Below, piece by piece: positions 21,070-31,584 of a stretch of DNA of 64,000 bases. The stretch covers positions 5,931 to 69,930 of the forward strand of contig JAUYIE010000004.1 of NCBI GenBank assembly GCA_030688365.1. The letters are read 5' to 3'. Origin of the DNA: a bacterium. GTDB taxonomy: Bacteria > Patescibacteriota > Patescibacteriia > JACQRZ01. The notes under the pieces were generated by a model. It saw only the letters and a list, made by a program, of their open reading frames with translations, was not told where the DNA came from and did not search any database. Within the stretch, counting starts at the first letter, position 1; each line of letters begins with the position of its first letter. Made by a program: the position numbers and the translations under genes.

Positions 21070-21705
21070 TTATGGTGTGGCACAACACGTATCCTGGCTG
21101 GAATCACCGGGATGGCTACTTGCGCAGATTGCGTCTCCTCCGGAAAGGTGAATCTCTGAATGATTGGTACATTGTGCTGTATTTTGTCTACATGTCGCAC
21201 CACTGTATCCTTGTCCTAACGCATAATCACTACAGCTCGCAGGAGGAGATCCCCCACCGCTTAGCCAATTGGTGAGACGGGTGGTAAGTACGACACTTCC
21301 GGTGCGTTGATCATTTTGTGGCCAGGTGACCGCACTCACGACTGCTTTTCTGTCTGCATCAACCGTAGAAATCGTGATTTGTCTTGTAAAAATACCAGAA
21401 ACATCTTCTGTACCTGACATAATCCACTGATTACTGGTAACACTCAAACCATAGGTACCATCAGTGAGACTATTAAACGTGGAATCACGAATATTGCGCA
21501 CTGCCTCAAGTCCTTCTTCCGCCAACATCGTAGCTCTCGCTCTACTTCCTGCAAGCGCGGTAGCTTCTTGTCCGTACAGATACGCCCCCACAAGAGCGGT
21601 AACCAGTAATACAAACACAGCACTGGCGAGGATAACTTCCACGAGTGAAAAACCCCTAGTAGTTGACCATCCCTTTTGAATTAATTGTGATTGTTCGTAC
21701 TTCAT
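21070..21705 (-). CDS. Minor pilin (PilV-like) with Cys-rich C-terminal tail
   Basis: RG-FSLVE, LAEEGLEAVR; start uncertain. Confidence 0.8.
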   Translation of the reverse strand: MKYEQSQLIQKGWSTTRGFSLVEVILASAVFVLLVTALVGAYLYGQEATALAGSRARATMLAEEGLEAVRNIRDSTFNSLTDGTYGLSVTSNQWIMSGTEDVSGIFTRQITISTVDADRKAVVSAVTWPQNDQRTGSVVLTTRLTNWLSGGGSPPASCSDYALGQGYSGATCRQNTAQCTNHSEIHLSGGDAICASSHPGDSSQDTCCATP

Positions 21706-22090
21706 TTGAATTGGAAGTAAGTGTCGCGGTTCCCGTTGTACTGGGAACGCCGGTAAATTTTGTAAAAACAACTCCGGAAAGTCCGCTCGGTGTGACATTT
21801 GGCGATAAATCAAATACCTCATCATAGGAAGTATCCCTACTAGCATAACTCGCGCCTTTGAATATTGTGATACTCCCCGACTGAATATCCACACCCCAAC
21901 TCGTATCACCATCAACTGACTGCGACAAAACATGTGCTCTTCGCATACCCTGTACTATCTCTGTTGTCGCGATATCAAGGTCATTGCGTACTTGAAACGT
22001 CTGATAAATCGGTACCGATGCCCCCGCTATGATTCCGATAGCAGTGATTGAAAGCATGACCTCAACAAGTGTAAATCCTCTATTGCGCAT
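21656..22090 (-). CDS. Minor pilin (FimT/GspH-like)
   Basis: MRNRG-FTLVE; C-terminal ITINSKG. Confidence 0.85.
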   Translation of the reverse strand: MRNRGFTLVEVMLSITAIGIIAGASVPIYQTFQVRNDLDIATTEIVQGMRRAHVLSQSVDGDTSWGVDIQSGSITIFKGASYASRDTSYDEVFDLSPNVTPSGLSGVVFTKFTGVPSTTGTATLTSNSNEVRTITINSKGMVNY

Positions 22091-22092
22091 AG

Positions 22093-23226
22093 TTATTGTG
22101 TCTTAAAACCACCAATAAGACTATAAATCGGCAAAATTACCGCTAATGCGACTGCCACGACTCCCAACCATACGATGACGAGCAAAATAGGTTCAAGAAT
22201 AACACTCAGATTTTTTGTAGACGTTTCCGCTTTTGCATCGTAGGACGCGCCAATCCTTAACAATACTTCTGACAATGTTCCTGATTGTTCACCTGCCACG
22301 ATCAATTCTTGTATGGGAGATGGTACCAAACGCGCAATTTTTTTAAATGTTGTAAAACTCTTTCGTAAGGAATTACCGTCTCCTATGCTGTCTCTCATGT
22401 GGATATATAATGCGCGATACTGCGATATCTCTGTAGCGTGAGCAAGGGAATCAAACGCATGCGTGACAGGCAAGCCGGATGCAAGCAGTGTACCCAAAAG
22501 ATAACCAAGCCGGGATAATTCCACTTCCTTGAGCAGACCGCTGACCCCCGGTAAAGCAAACAATATCGCCTGCCCAATAAATTTTGTCCTAGAAAATGAA
22601 AAAATAAAAAAGAATAGTGCGCCGATACCCACAACCACCGCAGGCACAACATATTGACCATACGCACCCAAAAATATTCCTACGCCAATTAAGATTTTTG
22701 TCACCAAGGGTAATTCTATTTTTAATTGAGAAAATACCAACGCAAGCTTAGGCAAAATAAACCATGCAACACCAATACCGATAATCACAGTCAACGACAG
22801 TACAAACATCGGATACATCATGGCTGAATGGATTTTTGAACGAAAGGAACGATCTTTTTCTTGCTCATCAGATACTATTTTTAGATTCTCTGACAATTTT
22901 CCGGACTCTTCACCTAGTCGGATCAATGAAATGGCATGACCGGGAAATAACTTACTTTTGGAAAGTGCCTTCCACAATGGCGAACCTGATTCAATATCAA
23001 GACGCATGTTTGCAGTGATATTTTTCATGCGACTAGAACGCATGTCTTTGCCAATCGCATCTAGCGCAGTCAAAATAGACATCCCGCCGGCAATGAGCAT
23101 GCTCAAATTTTCAACAAAAAAATCTCGTTCTTTAGCAAGACCAAATGTAAAAAAAGTCTTATGAGTCCTCGTCGGTGAGCCCTTCTCATCCCTGTTATTT
23201 TTTGTCGGCGTTTTTTTTGCGGGCAT
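22093..23226 (-). CDS. Type IV pilus/T2SS platform protein (PilC/GspF)
   Basis: GEESGKL, AMMYP, GEQSGTL, LEPILL. Confidence 0.92.
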   Translation of the reverse strand: MPAKKTPTKNNRDEKGSPTRTHKTFFTFGLAKERDFFVENLSMLIAGGMSILTALDAIGKDMRSSRMKNITANMRLDIESGSPLWKALSKSKLFPGHAISLIRLGEESGKLSENLKIVSDEQEKDRSFRSKIHSAMMYPMFVLSLTVIIGIGVAWFILPKLALVFSQLKIELPLVTKILIGVGIFLGAYGQYVVPAVVVGIGALFFFIFSFSRTKFIGQAILFALPGVSGLLKEVELSRLGYLLGTLLASGLPVTHAFDSLAHATEISQYRALYIHMRDSIGDGNSLRKSFTTFKKIARLVPSPIQELIVAGEQSGTLSEVLLRIGASYDAKAETSTKNLSVILEPILLVIVWLGVVAVALAVILPIYSLIGGFKTQ

Positions 23227-23230
23227 AGTT

Positions 23231-24883
23231 CTATGGTTGTGGCGGTGCGGCGACACGAAGTAATTCTTCAAGTGTCGTCACTCCTGTTTTTACTTTTTCA
23301 ATACCGTCCTCAAATAGTGATTTTGATCCTTCTTTACGTGCCAACGCCCAGATTTCCTGTGTCGAGGGTGTCTTCAAAATAAGATTTTGCATGGCGGGTG
23401 TGATATTGATAAATTCAAAAATAGCAGTTCTACCTTTGTAGCCGGTTTGGCCACATTCATTGCATTTTTTTCCTTCATAAAAGGTCATTGATTTTTTTCC
23501 GAAATAGTTTACAGCGATTTTCATCTGTGTAGATTTGAAATCACTGACAGATTTGGTGACAGTGTAACGACAAAATTCACATACCTTGCGCACAAGTCGT
23601 TGCGCGACTATCACCTCCATAGTAGAAGCAAGTAAAAAGGGTTCAATACCCATATCCAAGAGCCGAGGTATCGCCGTCGCCGCATCATTGGCATGAAAGG
23701 TGGAATACAACAAATGCCCAGTCAGCGCGGCGTTTACCGCTATTTCCGCCGTTTCACTATCGCGAATCTCCCCTACTAAAATAATATCAGGATCTTGGCG
23801 TACAATGGAACGCAAACCCTTGGCAAACGTGAGATTTGTTTGTGGATTGATCTGGATTTGATTGATACCACTCATCTTGTATTCTACCGGGTCTTCAATC
23901 GTGGTGATATTGAGATCCGGGCTGTTTGCCAATTTCAAAAGTGCATACAGGGTGGTTGTTTTTCCCGATCCTGTCGGCCCGACAACTAAGATCATACCAA
24001 ATGGTTTATCCACTGCACTTGAAAGTACCTGCTGATGCGCGGGAGAAAATCCCAGTTGATTTAATGAAAGACCTTGCACGTATGCCGCCAGCAAACGTAA
24101 CACAACCTTTTCTCCTTCTATGGTCGGTATGATTGATGTTCGCAGGTCTGCTACAACAGAGTCTTTGGTATATCGCAATGAACCATCTTGTGCCGCATAA
24201 TGTTCGTCAATACGCATACCACTTTGTACTTTGATCCGGTTCAAAATATTTTCATAAAATTCTTTGGGGATACGTCCCGCTTCATGCAACACGCCATCAA
24301 CACGAAATCGCACCAACACTTCCTCTGGTTGCGGTTCAAAGTGAATATCAGATGCATGATACATGAGCGCATCATCAAAAATAGCCTCCAAAAGTTCGGG
24401 TGCTACGCGATCATCATCTTCAATGATTTTGGAAAAACGAGTTTCAAGTGGTTTTTGATAATACAAAAAACAGGTATTAATATCGTCACTCAAGGCATAC
24501 GCGATGCTCGCAATTTTGTTTGGAAATAACTGTTTGACAGCGACTAAAATGTCTTTTTGTGTTGGGTCATCGGTGGCGATGACCATGGATTTTTTGTCTT
24601 CTTTAAAAATCACGGCACGAAATTTTTTTGCCAATTCTTCCGGCAATTTTTGTATCTGTTCAGAAGATGGCGGTATTGAATTTAAATCCGCGTATGGCAC
24701 TGATAACGACTCTGCGACCGCTTGTCCCAACAAGTCATTGGTGATCGCGCTGGATTGCAACAAATACTCCACCAACGAAACGTGGTGAGTTTTTATATAT
24801 AATTCCGCGTTCAGGATGTCTTTATCAGTAACGTAGTGTTCTTTGAGAAGGATTTGTTTTATGGTCTTGTCGTCAAACTTCAT
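23231..24883 (-). CDS. Type IV pilus assembly ATPase (PilB/GspE)
   Basis: ASDIHFEP, GPTGSGKTT, TIEDPVE, RQDPDIILVGEIRD, TGHL, tetracysteine motif. Confidence 0.95.
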   Translation of the reverse strand: MKFDDKTIKQILLKEHYVTDKDILNAELYIKTHHVSLVEYLLQSSAITNDLLGQAVAESLSVPYADLNSIPPSSEQIQKLPEELAKKFRAVIFKEDKKSMVIATDDPTQKDILVAVKQLFPNKIASIAYALSDDINTCFLYYQKPLETRFSKIIEDDDRVAPELLEAIFDDALMYHASDIHFEPQPEEVLVRFRVDGVLHEAGRIPKEFYENILNRIKVQSGMRIDEHYAAQDGSLRYTKDSVVADLRTSIIPTIEGEKVVLRLLAAYVQGLSLNQLGFSPAHQQVLSSAVDKPFGMILVVGPTGSGKTTTLYALLKLANSPDLNITTIEDPVEYKMSGINQIQINPQTNLTFAKGLRSIVRQDPDIILVGEIRDSETAEIAVNAALTGHLLYSTFHANDAATAIPRLLDMGIEPFLLASTMEVIVAQRLVRKVCEFCRYTVTKSVSDFKSTQMKIAVNYFGKKSMTFYEGKKCNECGQTGYKGRTAIFEFINITPAMQNLILKTPSTQEIWALARKEGSKSLFEDGIEKVKTGVTTLEELLRVAAPPQP

Positions 24884-24911
24884 AGTGAACGTTTATGGGG
24901 TAAACGTGTGT

Positions 24912-25280
24912 TTATGTAAAAAATTTTTGTACATGTTCCACGATGGACGCAATCGGTGTATTAGATTTGATAAAAAAATCTTTAGCGCCCAAATCTCTAG
25001 CGCGTGTTTCATCATCTGGTTGGCTAAGATTGCTTGAGACAATGACCGGTATATCTATCTTTTTGTCTTTCAATGCCTGCAGTACGCTAAAACCGTCCAT
25101 TTTGGGCATGACCAAATCTAGAATAATAAGTCCGAACTCTTCCTTTTCAAGCAGAGCCATACCTGCTTCACCGTCAAACACTGCTATCGCATCAAAACCG
25201 GCGTGCGTTAATTTGAGTTCAAGCGCGCGCGCCATCGGTTTTTCATCCTCCATGATGAGTATCTTTTTTGCCTTTTCCAT
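24912..25280 (-). CDS. Single-domain response regulator (REC)
   Basis: ILIMEDE, ILDLVMPKMDG, FIK. Confidence 0.92.
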   Translation of the reverse strand: MEKAKKILIMEDEKPMARALELKLTHAGFDAIAVFDGEAGMALLEKEEFGLIILDLVMPKMDGFSVLQALKDKKIDIPVIVSSNLSQPDDETRARDLGAKDFFIKSNTPIASIVEHVQKFFT

Positions 25281-25447
25281 AGACGTAGACGTATAAAAAA
25301 ATATCCAGAGCTGATTTTGAACATACAGCTATATAAAGTATACCAGTATAGTGTACTCAGGGCAATTTCCTATGGGGACAAAATTGACAAAAATATAAGG
25401 ACATGGGATAACAGTAATATCTTTGACATTTTAATTGGAGGAAAAAA

Positions 25448-25912
25448 ATGAAAGTTTACGATAATAATGAAAAAATCGTAAAATTTTTAGAGTCACACCT
25501 GAAGACAATCATTGGAACGAAGTTTGATGGATTGAATAATATAGACTTCACAATGATAAATATTGAATTCAATACCCTAAAATATAAAAATTCCATTGCT
25601 AAGGTGATGGAAATATTATCTAGTCATAATCTTCCTATCTCATTGAAGGATGAAGAGAAAGAAAAAGAAAAAAAACACTTCATAATTCTCTATGGTATTC
25701 GTGATGAAAGTTCATATGTGCTTTATGGTGATTTCCAGTCCGCACGATCACAACAGCGAATACACTACGTGAACTTAATGAACATGAATGCAGTAGAATA
25801 CGTCATTTCTTCATACAACAATGGAAGTACTTTAACATCTAGTCCGATGTTAATAGCAATCACAAGACATCGAAAATTCGTAGCAGAATTGCTCAATCTT
25901 ATGGAGCAATAA
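25448..25912 (+). CDS. Hypothetical protein, AT-rich orphan-like
   Basis: 154-aa ORF with GGAGG RBS, upstream TTGACA and its own terminator. Confidence 0.65.
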   Translation: MKVYDNNEKIVKFLESHLKTIIGTKFDGLNNIDFTMINIEFNTLKYKNSIAKVMEILSSHNLPISLKDEEKEKEKKHFIILYGIRDESSYVLYGDFQSARSQQRIHYVNLMNMNAVEYVISSYNNGSTLTSSPMLIAITRHRKFVAELLNLMEQ

Positions 25913-25933
25913 GAATATATCAACAACAGCTAA

Positions 25934-25969
25934 TCCTTGCATAAATATCATGCAAGGAATTCTTTTTTT
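25934..25969 (+). terminator. Intrinsic terminator
   Basis: tccttgcat-N7-atgcaagga stem followed by a T-run. Confidence 0.75.
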
Positions 25970-26036
25970 ATAACGTGCCCAATAGTATGTAGCAATCGTC
26001 GCGTTTCATCAGTAATACCATCATACTACACCGAGT

Positions 26037-27701
26037 CTAGCCAAACGTCCATGCAAATAATGATATATTGGGCTCTAAGAAAATAATTTCAACCTCGTGT
26101 TCGTCATACATATCGCCAAAGTCAGTGAGTTCATACAACCGTTCGCCATCAATAGTCAATATACCGTTTTTAACATCTTTTCCGCTGTACAAATCATCCT
26201 TCGCTTTTCCATCAATGAGTACCTGCGCTTCTCCTTTTCCTCCGATGACGAGATTTGCCCGCGACGCCTTGAAACGCATTTTTATTACAGCATTTGCTGA
26301 CTGACTGGTAATTTTTTCTGCCTCTTCAGACCAATCACCCCCCAGAGTCCATTGATTGAGCCCAAGAACGCTCGCGTTAGGAACAAAATTGTCCCTTCGC
26401 GCAGTACCAACATAGGTCTCTGGTGACCCAATCCCAGCAAAATCCACTGACTTTGCATTGATAATGCCATTTTTGACTGTTGTTGAGAGCAATGAAACAA
26501 TAGCATCTTCTGTTTCATCATACTTCCCCTCACCAAAATGTGTATAGCGTACAAAACCATCTTGATCTATCAGATACTTTGCAGGCCAATAGTGATTGTT
26601 ATACGCGCGCCAGAGTGAAAAATCATTATCTTGTACCACGGGGTACGTCAAACCAAAATCAAGTACGGCCCTTTGAACATTTTCAAATTTTTTCTCAAAT
26701 TGAAACTCTGGTGCATGTACGCCAATAATGACCAGTCCATCGTCGTGATACCGTTCGTGCCACGTCTGCATATACGGTAACGTGCGGATGCAATTAATGC
26801 ATGAGTATGTCCAAAAATCAATGAGTACGACTTTGCCTTTCAAGTCATTCATTGAGTTGATTGAGTCACTATTGATCCAGTGTGTCAGGCCGGCAAATTC
26901 CGGTGCATCAAAAAGATACGGCAGTTGGCTACCATCAGCACCTGGATTTCTAAATTTTTTTGCCTGCGGTTCACCCAATGTCTTATTTATCAAGCCCTCT
27001 TCAAAGCCAGAAACACCAAATCCTGCGTCCAAAATTGCAGTTTCAATTTTTTTCTCAAAACCAGTCATTACAGCCAGACCAACGAGAATCAAAAGTATTC
27101 CCATGGATCTTTTGAACCACCCTGTGGGATTTGTAGCCCATTCCAAGTGACTGATAAGTCTTTGACCAAAGTAACCGACGATACCCAGCGTAAGTATGAT
27201 TCCAAGTGCATACACGAGGAGATAGACGACACCCACGCCAAAATTTACCGGCAATACGGTAGCGAGGATAACAAAATAAGTCGGTGAACAGCTTGAAAAA
27301 ACAGGACCTAAAGCAGCACCGATTAAAATTGCACTTCCCACAGACTCGCCGATGCCAGCTTTTGCCAATCCACCTTGTGCACCTTGATTGAAACGTATCG
27401 CAAGAGCAATCCTTTCCCATAATTCGGGCCAGAGCAAAAAGATACCAAATATAAGAACTATTCCACCGGATATACTCGTCCAAAACATTTGAGGTATACC
27501 AATAAGCAATGAGGATGCTTTAAGTAGTAGCGTAAATACTACGATGCTCAAAGCAAGTGATGTTGTCACGATCAGCGGTTTCCACCAATTTTTTGAACCA
27601 GCGGTAGTCCCTATGATAACCGGAAGGAGTGGTAATACGCATGGCGCCAAAATCGTCAACATGCCGGCGATAAATGATGTACCTAATAAAAGACCATTCA
27701 T
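26037..27701 (-). CDS. DipZ-like cytochrome c biogenesis/CcdA-thioredoxin fusion
   Basis: N-terminal PCVLP CcdA TM domain; DFWTYSCINC, GVHAPEF, YWPAKY, FGEG thioredoxin domain. Confidence 0.9.
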   Translation of the reverse strand: MNGLLLGTSFIAGMLTILAPCVLPLLPVIIGTTAGSKNWWKPLIVTTSLALSIVVFTLLLKASSLLIGIPQMFWTSISGGIVLIFGIFLLWPELWERIALAIRFNQGAQGGLAKAGIGESVGSAILIGAALGPVFSSCSPTYFVILATVLPVNFGVGVVYLLVYALGIILTLGIVGYFGQRLISHLEWATNPTGWFKRSMGILLILVGLAVMTGFEKKIETAILDAGFGVSGFEEGLINKTLGEPQAKKFRNPGADGSQLPYLFDAPEFAGLTHWINSDSINSMNDLKGKVVLIDFWTYSCINCIRTLPYMQTWHERYHDDGLVIIGVHAPEFQFEKKFENVQRAVLDFGLTYPVVQDNDFSLWRAYNNHYWPAKYLIDQDGFVRYTHFGEGKYDETEDAIVSLLSTTVKNGIINAKSVDFAGIGSPETYVGTARRDNFVPNASVLGLNQWTLGGDWSEEAEKITSQSANAVIKMRFKASRANLVIGGKGEAQVLIDGKAKDDLYSGKDVKNGILTIDGERLYELTDFGDMYDEHEVEIIFLEPNISLFAWTFG

Positions 27702-28016
27702 GGCTGTGGGGTGAAATGAATGAGAGTAAGAGATTTCCTACCGTGCCATACAAAAACCCGTATAACGCGGGCTTTATGAATTTACTTGGTTTCTTTGTGG
27801 TTCTGGTGAACCTTGCAGGTTTTGCAAAACTTTTTAAGCTCAAGACGATTTTTGAGTTTCTTTTTGTTCTTATAGGTATAATACCCTATTTGGGAACAAT
27901 TACCGCACTCCATTTTTATAAGATTATCCTGTGATCCCATATTGTATAGTTAAATAAGTCTGTCTACCATAGCACATAATAAAAAATTGTTCAAGTCTCA
28001 CAAGACCTGATAGATA

Positions 28017-28088
28017 AGCCACTTCTGGGATTCGAACCCAGGACCTTCACTTTACAAAAGTGTTGCTCTACCACTGAGCTAAAGTGGC
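28017..28088 (-). tRNA. tRNA-Thr(UGU)
   Basis: GCCACTT acceptor, anticodon loop TT-TGT-AA, GGTTCGAATCC; CCA not encoded. Confidence 0.9.
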
Positions 28089-28134
28089 ACATGTGCCCCT
28101 ACGAGGCGGTCAAGTACGTCCACAAGAACGATAA

Positions 28135-28219
28135 TGGTGGGCGGTGAAGGATTCGAACCTTCGAAGGCGGAGCCAGCAGATTTACAGTCTGCCCCGGTTG
28201 ACCACTTCGGTAACCGCCC
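28135..28219 (-). tRNA. tRNA-Tyr(GUA)
   Basis: Anticodon loop CT-GTA-AA, long variable arm, encoded CCA. Confidence 0.95.
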
Positions 28220-28337
28220 GTACTGTAATAAAACAATGGCCTATCGGCACATTATTTCAGCTTAAGTGTACGTAAAAATTTAAAATATGTCAAAACGACC
28301 CCTTGCGAGGCCGTTTTTTCAAGTGATGAAAATCTTT

Positions 28338-29105
28338 TTATTGAATCAATGGATCCAATGTTGCTTTGATCTGTTCAAACGGTACAGCACCAGGGATAGG
28401 AATCTTTTGTCCGCTGATCAAGATAACCCCATACGGTGTTCCTTCCGCGCCAGCGGCAATCCCCTCCTGACTTTGCGCATTCACTTTATCAGCATATTTT
28501 CCCGAGTCATAGCAGTCCTGAAACTTCTTTTGATCAAGTCCAATCTCTTTTGCAATTTCCGGTAGTTTTGCTGGATCTAATCCATCATTTGATGGTGTGA
28601 TCTCAAACAAACGATCTACAAACTTCCAATACCCATCATTTCCCCCTAACTCTGCTGCGCACTCCGTTGCTTCAGCTTCTTTAGAAGCTTTACTGTGAAG
28701 CTGTTCAAGAGGAAAATTACGATATACTAGATTAATCTTTCCTGGATAGTTATCAACGACCTGTTTTGCGGTAGGATGGAACTTTTTACAAAATGGACAT
28801 TCCAAATCCGTAAATACAACCATGGTCGCTTCTGCTTTCAGATCTCCATATATATGATCATCAGGCTGAAGACCTCTTATAGAGATAGAGGCACTCGGCT
28901 GACTTGGATTATCAGCAAGTTGAGACGGCGCTGTTCCAGAAGGCGATGGTGATGTCACATTTGCTTGTGCACCATCCTTATCTTTTGCAAGAAAAAGTCC
29001 AAGAAGTATAAAAAAACCGACAGTACAAATTACTAAAAACCCCGTTGCCAACCCCATCAAAAAACTAGATTTTGGAGAAAGCTTGTTTGTTGGCTGATCG
29101 TCCAT
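28338..29105 (-). CDS. Membrane-anchored DsbA-family thioredoxin
   Basis: TM anchor, DLECPFC, NFPL, GTP, GAVP. Confidence 0.9.
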   Translation of the reverse strand: MDDQPTNKLSPKSSFLMGLATGFLVICTVGFFILLGLFLAKDKDGAQANVTSPSPSGTAPSQLADNPSQPSASISIRGLQPDDHIYGDLKAEATMVVFTDLECPFCKKFHPTAKQVVDNYPGKINLVYRNFPLEQLHSKASKEAEATECAAELGGNDGYWKFVDRLFEITPSNDGLDPAKLPEIAKEIGLDQKKFQDCYDSGKYADKVNAQSQEGIAAGAEGTPYGVILISGQKIPIPGAVPFEQIKATLDPLIQ

Positions 29106-29171
29106 AGTCGCATGAGTAAATATTTATAAACAAAGTATACTACTATTTTGAAAAAATGGGAATAACTCATA

Positions 29172-29244
29172 AGCCGACGTCGGGGCTCGAACCCGAGACC
29201 TTCTCCTTACCATGGAGATGCTCTACCAACTGAGCTACGTCGGC
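29172..29244 (-). tRNA. tRNA-Thr(GGU)
   Basis: GCCGACG acceptor, anticodon loop AT-GGT-AA, GGTTCGAGCCC. Confidence 0.93.
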
Positions 29245-29290
29245 GCAAATACCTGAATACGGTACCGTACATCACGGATCTTGGCAAATG

Positions 29291-30151
29291 TTAGTATCCT
29301 ATCCCTCTGATCCTCTCTGCAAGTTCGTCCAGTTTCTTATTGTCCGGATTTGCACGACGAAGTTGATCTAATGCTCGCTCTGCACGTAATCGTTGCTTTT
29401 GAATAATATGCATCTCTACGAGTGCGTCCAAAAGCTTTGGATTATTTTTATCAAGATCAACTGCCTCCAATATTTCAGACAAAGATGCTTCTTGATTATC
29501 TACATTCAGATGCACTTGGGAAAGATCATATAGATGTTTTGCAAGTTGAGCCGGTAGCGCACCTTGCTCATCAGGAGGCATGCTACCAAGCATATCCCGT
29601 TCGCGATTGCACAAATATTCCAAGACTTCACGTGCTTGCTCCCATTCTTTTTTTAACATATATACCTCACCCAGCCCGTCATAGGCATCCATGTTATTAC
29701 TATCCAATGCGATAGCATCAATATATCGCTTCTCTGCTTCGTCAAAATGTTCTTGACTGATACATTCTTCTGCTTGTTCCATCAACGTACCGCTCACTTC
29801 TTGTTTGCGGAGAGATTCCTCCGATGAAGCGCTTGCTCCTCCAATAACTGCTGCTCGTCTCTGTTTGTCACGCATTTCAACTACCTTCTTTTGCAGTGAC
29901 CCCATGCGCTGGCCAAGATTTTTTCTCAAAGCAGAAAATGGCAATGCCGCAACAGATGTCATTTTACGTGCAGTATAAAACTTACGCTTAATGCGTTCCG
30001 AAATAATCTTATTTTTGACGTTTCGCGCTCGCTCTTCCGGCAACGCAGCAAGATCAATGGACGCTAAAATGGAAAGTCGTGGTTTAACAATCAAAAAAAT
30101 TACAACTACACAGGCAACAGACACCACTATTGATATGATAATTCCAATCAT
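29291..30151 (-). CDS. Membrane-anchored TPR protein
   Basis: N-terminal TM helix; AYDGLGEVY-type TPR helices. Confidence 0.8.
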   Translation of the reverse strand: MIGIIISIVVSVACVVVIFLIVKPRLSILASIDLAALPEERARNVKNKIISERIKRKFYTARKMTSVAALPFSALRKNLGQRMGSLQKKVVEMRDKQRRAAVIGGASASSEESLRKQEVSGTLMEQAEECISQEHFDEAEKRYIDAIALDSNNMDAYDGLGEVYMLKKEWEQAREVLEYLCNRERDMLGSMPPDEQGALPAQLAKHLYDLSQVHLNVDNQEASLSEILEAVDLDKNNPKLLDALVEMHIIQKQRLRAERALDQLRRANPDNKKLDELAERIRGIGY

Positions 30152-30939
30152 ATTGAGGTATTAAGTGAGTGCACAATAGCGCAGAATCGTTTTGCGTGCA
30201 AACTAGCGCTTCCTACCAAAACACCACTCACATCACCCTGGGTAATATAAGAAGATGCGTTATGTTCATCTACGCTCCCTCCATACACGAGAGGTATGGC
30301 ATTCACAGCATTGATGCTGTGTGTATGTAAAATATCTTTAATCATTCCGATTGCTTCTTTGCAGTCAGAAGGATCGCAGTTTTTTCTAGCGCCATGCTGA
30401 TTTGTGCTAATTGCCCAAACCGGTTCGTATGCGATCACAATTTGAAAATTTTTATTGAAAGGCATGGCTTTCATCAGTGCAGAAAGTTGTACCTCTAAGA
30501 TTTCCCGAGTTTTACCATTTTTTCGTTCCATCAATGTCTCTCCCACACACACAATAGGAACAAGTCCTAATTTTTTTTGTGTCTTTAACAATACCGCATA
30601 TTTTTTAGCCACCATCTCATTTGTTTCCGCAAAAATTATTCGACGTTCCGAATGCCCAATGAGAACATATTTACACCCAAGGTGTGCCAGAGCAACGGGC
30701 GAAACTTCACCTGTAGCAGCGCCTACCTCTTCCCAGTAACAATCTTGACCCGCTAAAACAATCGGATGATCTATCTCATAGCCGATTTCATACAGCGACA
30801 CAAAAGTTGGAGTCAAAACAATCTCAACGTTATCTGCTGGGGATTGTTGCATTATACCTTGAATAGTTCGTGCAAGCACAGTTTCTGCCTCCGGAGTAAG
30901 GTTTGCTTTCCAATTAGCGATACAAAGGAGAGGTGGCAT
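30148..30939 (-). CDS. tpiA: Triosephosphate isomerase
   Basis: ANWK, IGHSERR, AYEPVWAI, YGGSV, LVGSAS. Confidence 0.95.
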   Translation of the reverse strand: MPPLLCIANWKANLTPEAETVLARTIQGIMQQSPADNVEIVLTPTFVSLYEIGYEIDHPIVLAGQDCYWEEVGAATGEVSPVALAHLGCKYVLIGHSERRIIFAETNEMVAKKYAVLLKTQKKLGLVPIVCVGETLMERKNGKTREILEVQLSALMKAMPFNKNFQIVIAYEPVWAISTNQHGARKNCDPSDCKEAIGMIKDILHTHSINAVNAIPLVYGGSVDEHNASSYITQGDVSGVLVGSASLHAKRFCAIVHSLNTSI

Positions 30940-30951
30940 AAATAATTGAAA

Positions 30952-31506
30952 TTAGATGTCTAATGTCGTCAACTTTTCACCTGCATCACGGTTAGAGCTG
31001 ATCAGCATCTCATGTAGCCGATTATAATCCGGAAGCTTGTCTAGTGAGGGTGCGCCCAAATGGCGTAAAAATTCCATACTAATGGCGTATGTCTGTTCAT
31101 CACTCGTTTGATCTCCTTGCTGGATGAGTCCCGCAATAAGCAAGTTACGCAAAGACACTGCACAATTGACACCACGAATTTCTTCAATCTCTGGTTTTGT
31201 AACCGGTCCCCGATATGCTATCACTGCTAATGTCTCCAGTGCCGGCCGAGATAATTCACCAAGTGGTTCCTCTTTCTGTAAACGGGTGATGATGGGCGCT
31301 ACTTCTGGATTCGTTCCTAATGTGTATGTCTCTCCATTTTCAATGAGTATAAGTCCACCACGTTCCGAAGCAAGCTCATCATTCAAAGCACGTAACGCAT
31401 CAGTCACATCCTTTGAGCTTGCACCTGAAAGAGAACACAATCGCGCTAAGGTGCAAGGCGTTGAAGAAGCAAAAAGAATGTTTTCTACAATGCGTGTAAG
31501 TTTCAT
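30952..31506 (-). CDS. scpB: SMC-Scp complex subunit ScpB
   Basis: LSRPALETLAVIAYRGPVTKPEIEEIRGV. Confidence 0.93.
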   Translation of the reverse strand: MKLTRIVENILFASSTPCTLARLCSLSGASSKDVTDALRALNDELASERGGLILIENGETYTLGTNPEVAPIITRLQKEEPLGELSRPALETLAVIAYRGPVTKPEIEEIRGVNCAVSLRNLLIAGLIQQGDQTSDEQTYAISMEFLRHLGAPSLDKLPDYNRLHEMLISSNRDAGEKLTTLDI

Positions 31507-31548
31507 ATAGATTCTTCAATAATAGCAACAATTGTCGTGACAAGCAAG

Positions 31549-31577
31549 AAAAAACACACCTGCTCGGTGTGCTTTTT
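31549..31577. terminator. Putative intrinsic terminator after ftsZ
   Basis: A-run, cacacc-N5-ggtgtg stem, T-run. Confidence 0.55.
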
Positions 31578-31584
31578 CCTATGT

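Noticed and set aside
27674-27934. 86-aa plus-strand hydrophobic ORF
   Set aside because: Overlaps the dipZ start divergently, AT-rich, no recognisable motif; cannot be supported
28017-29244. tRNA cluster as integration site of the dipZ/pilus region
   Set aside because: No integrase and no duplicated tRNA 3' end found by eye
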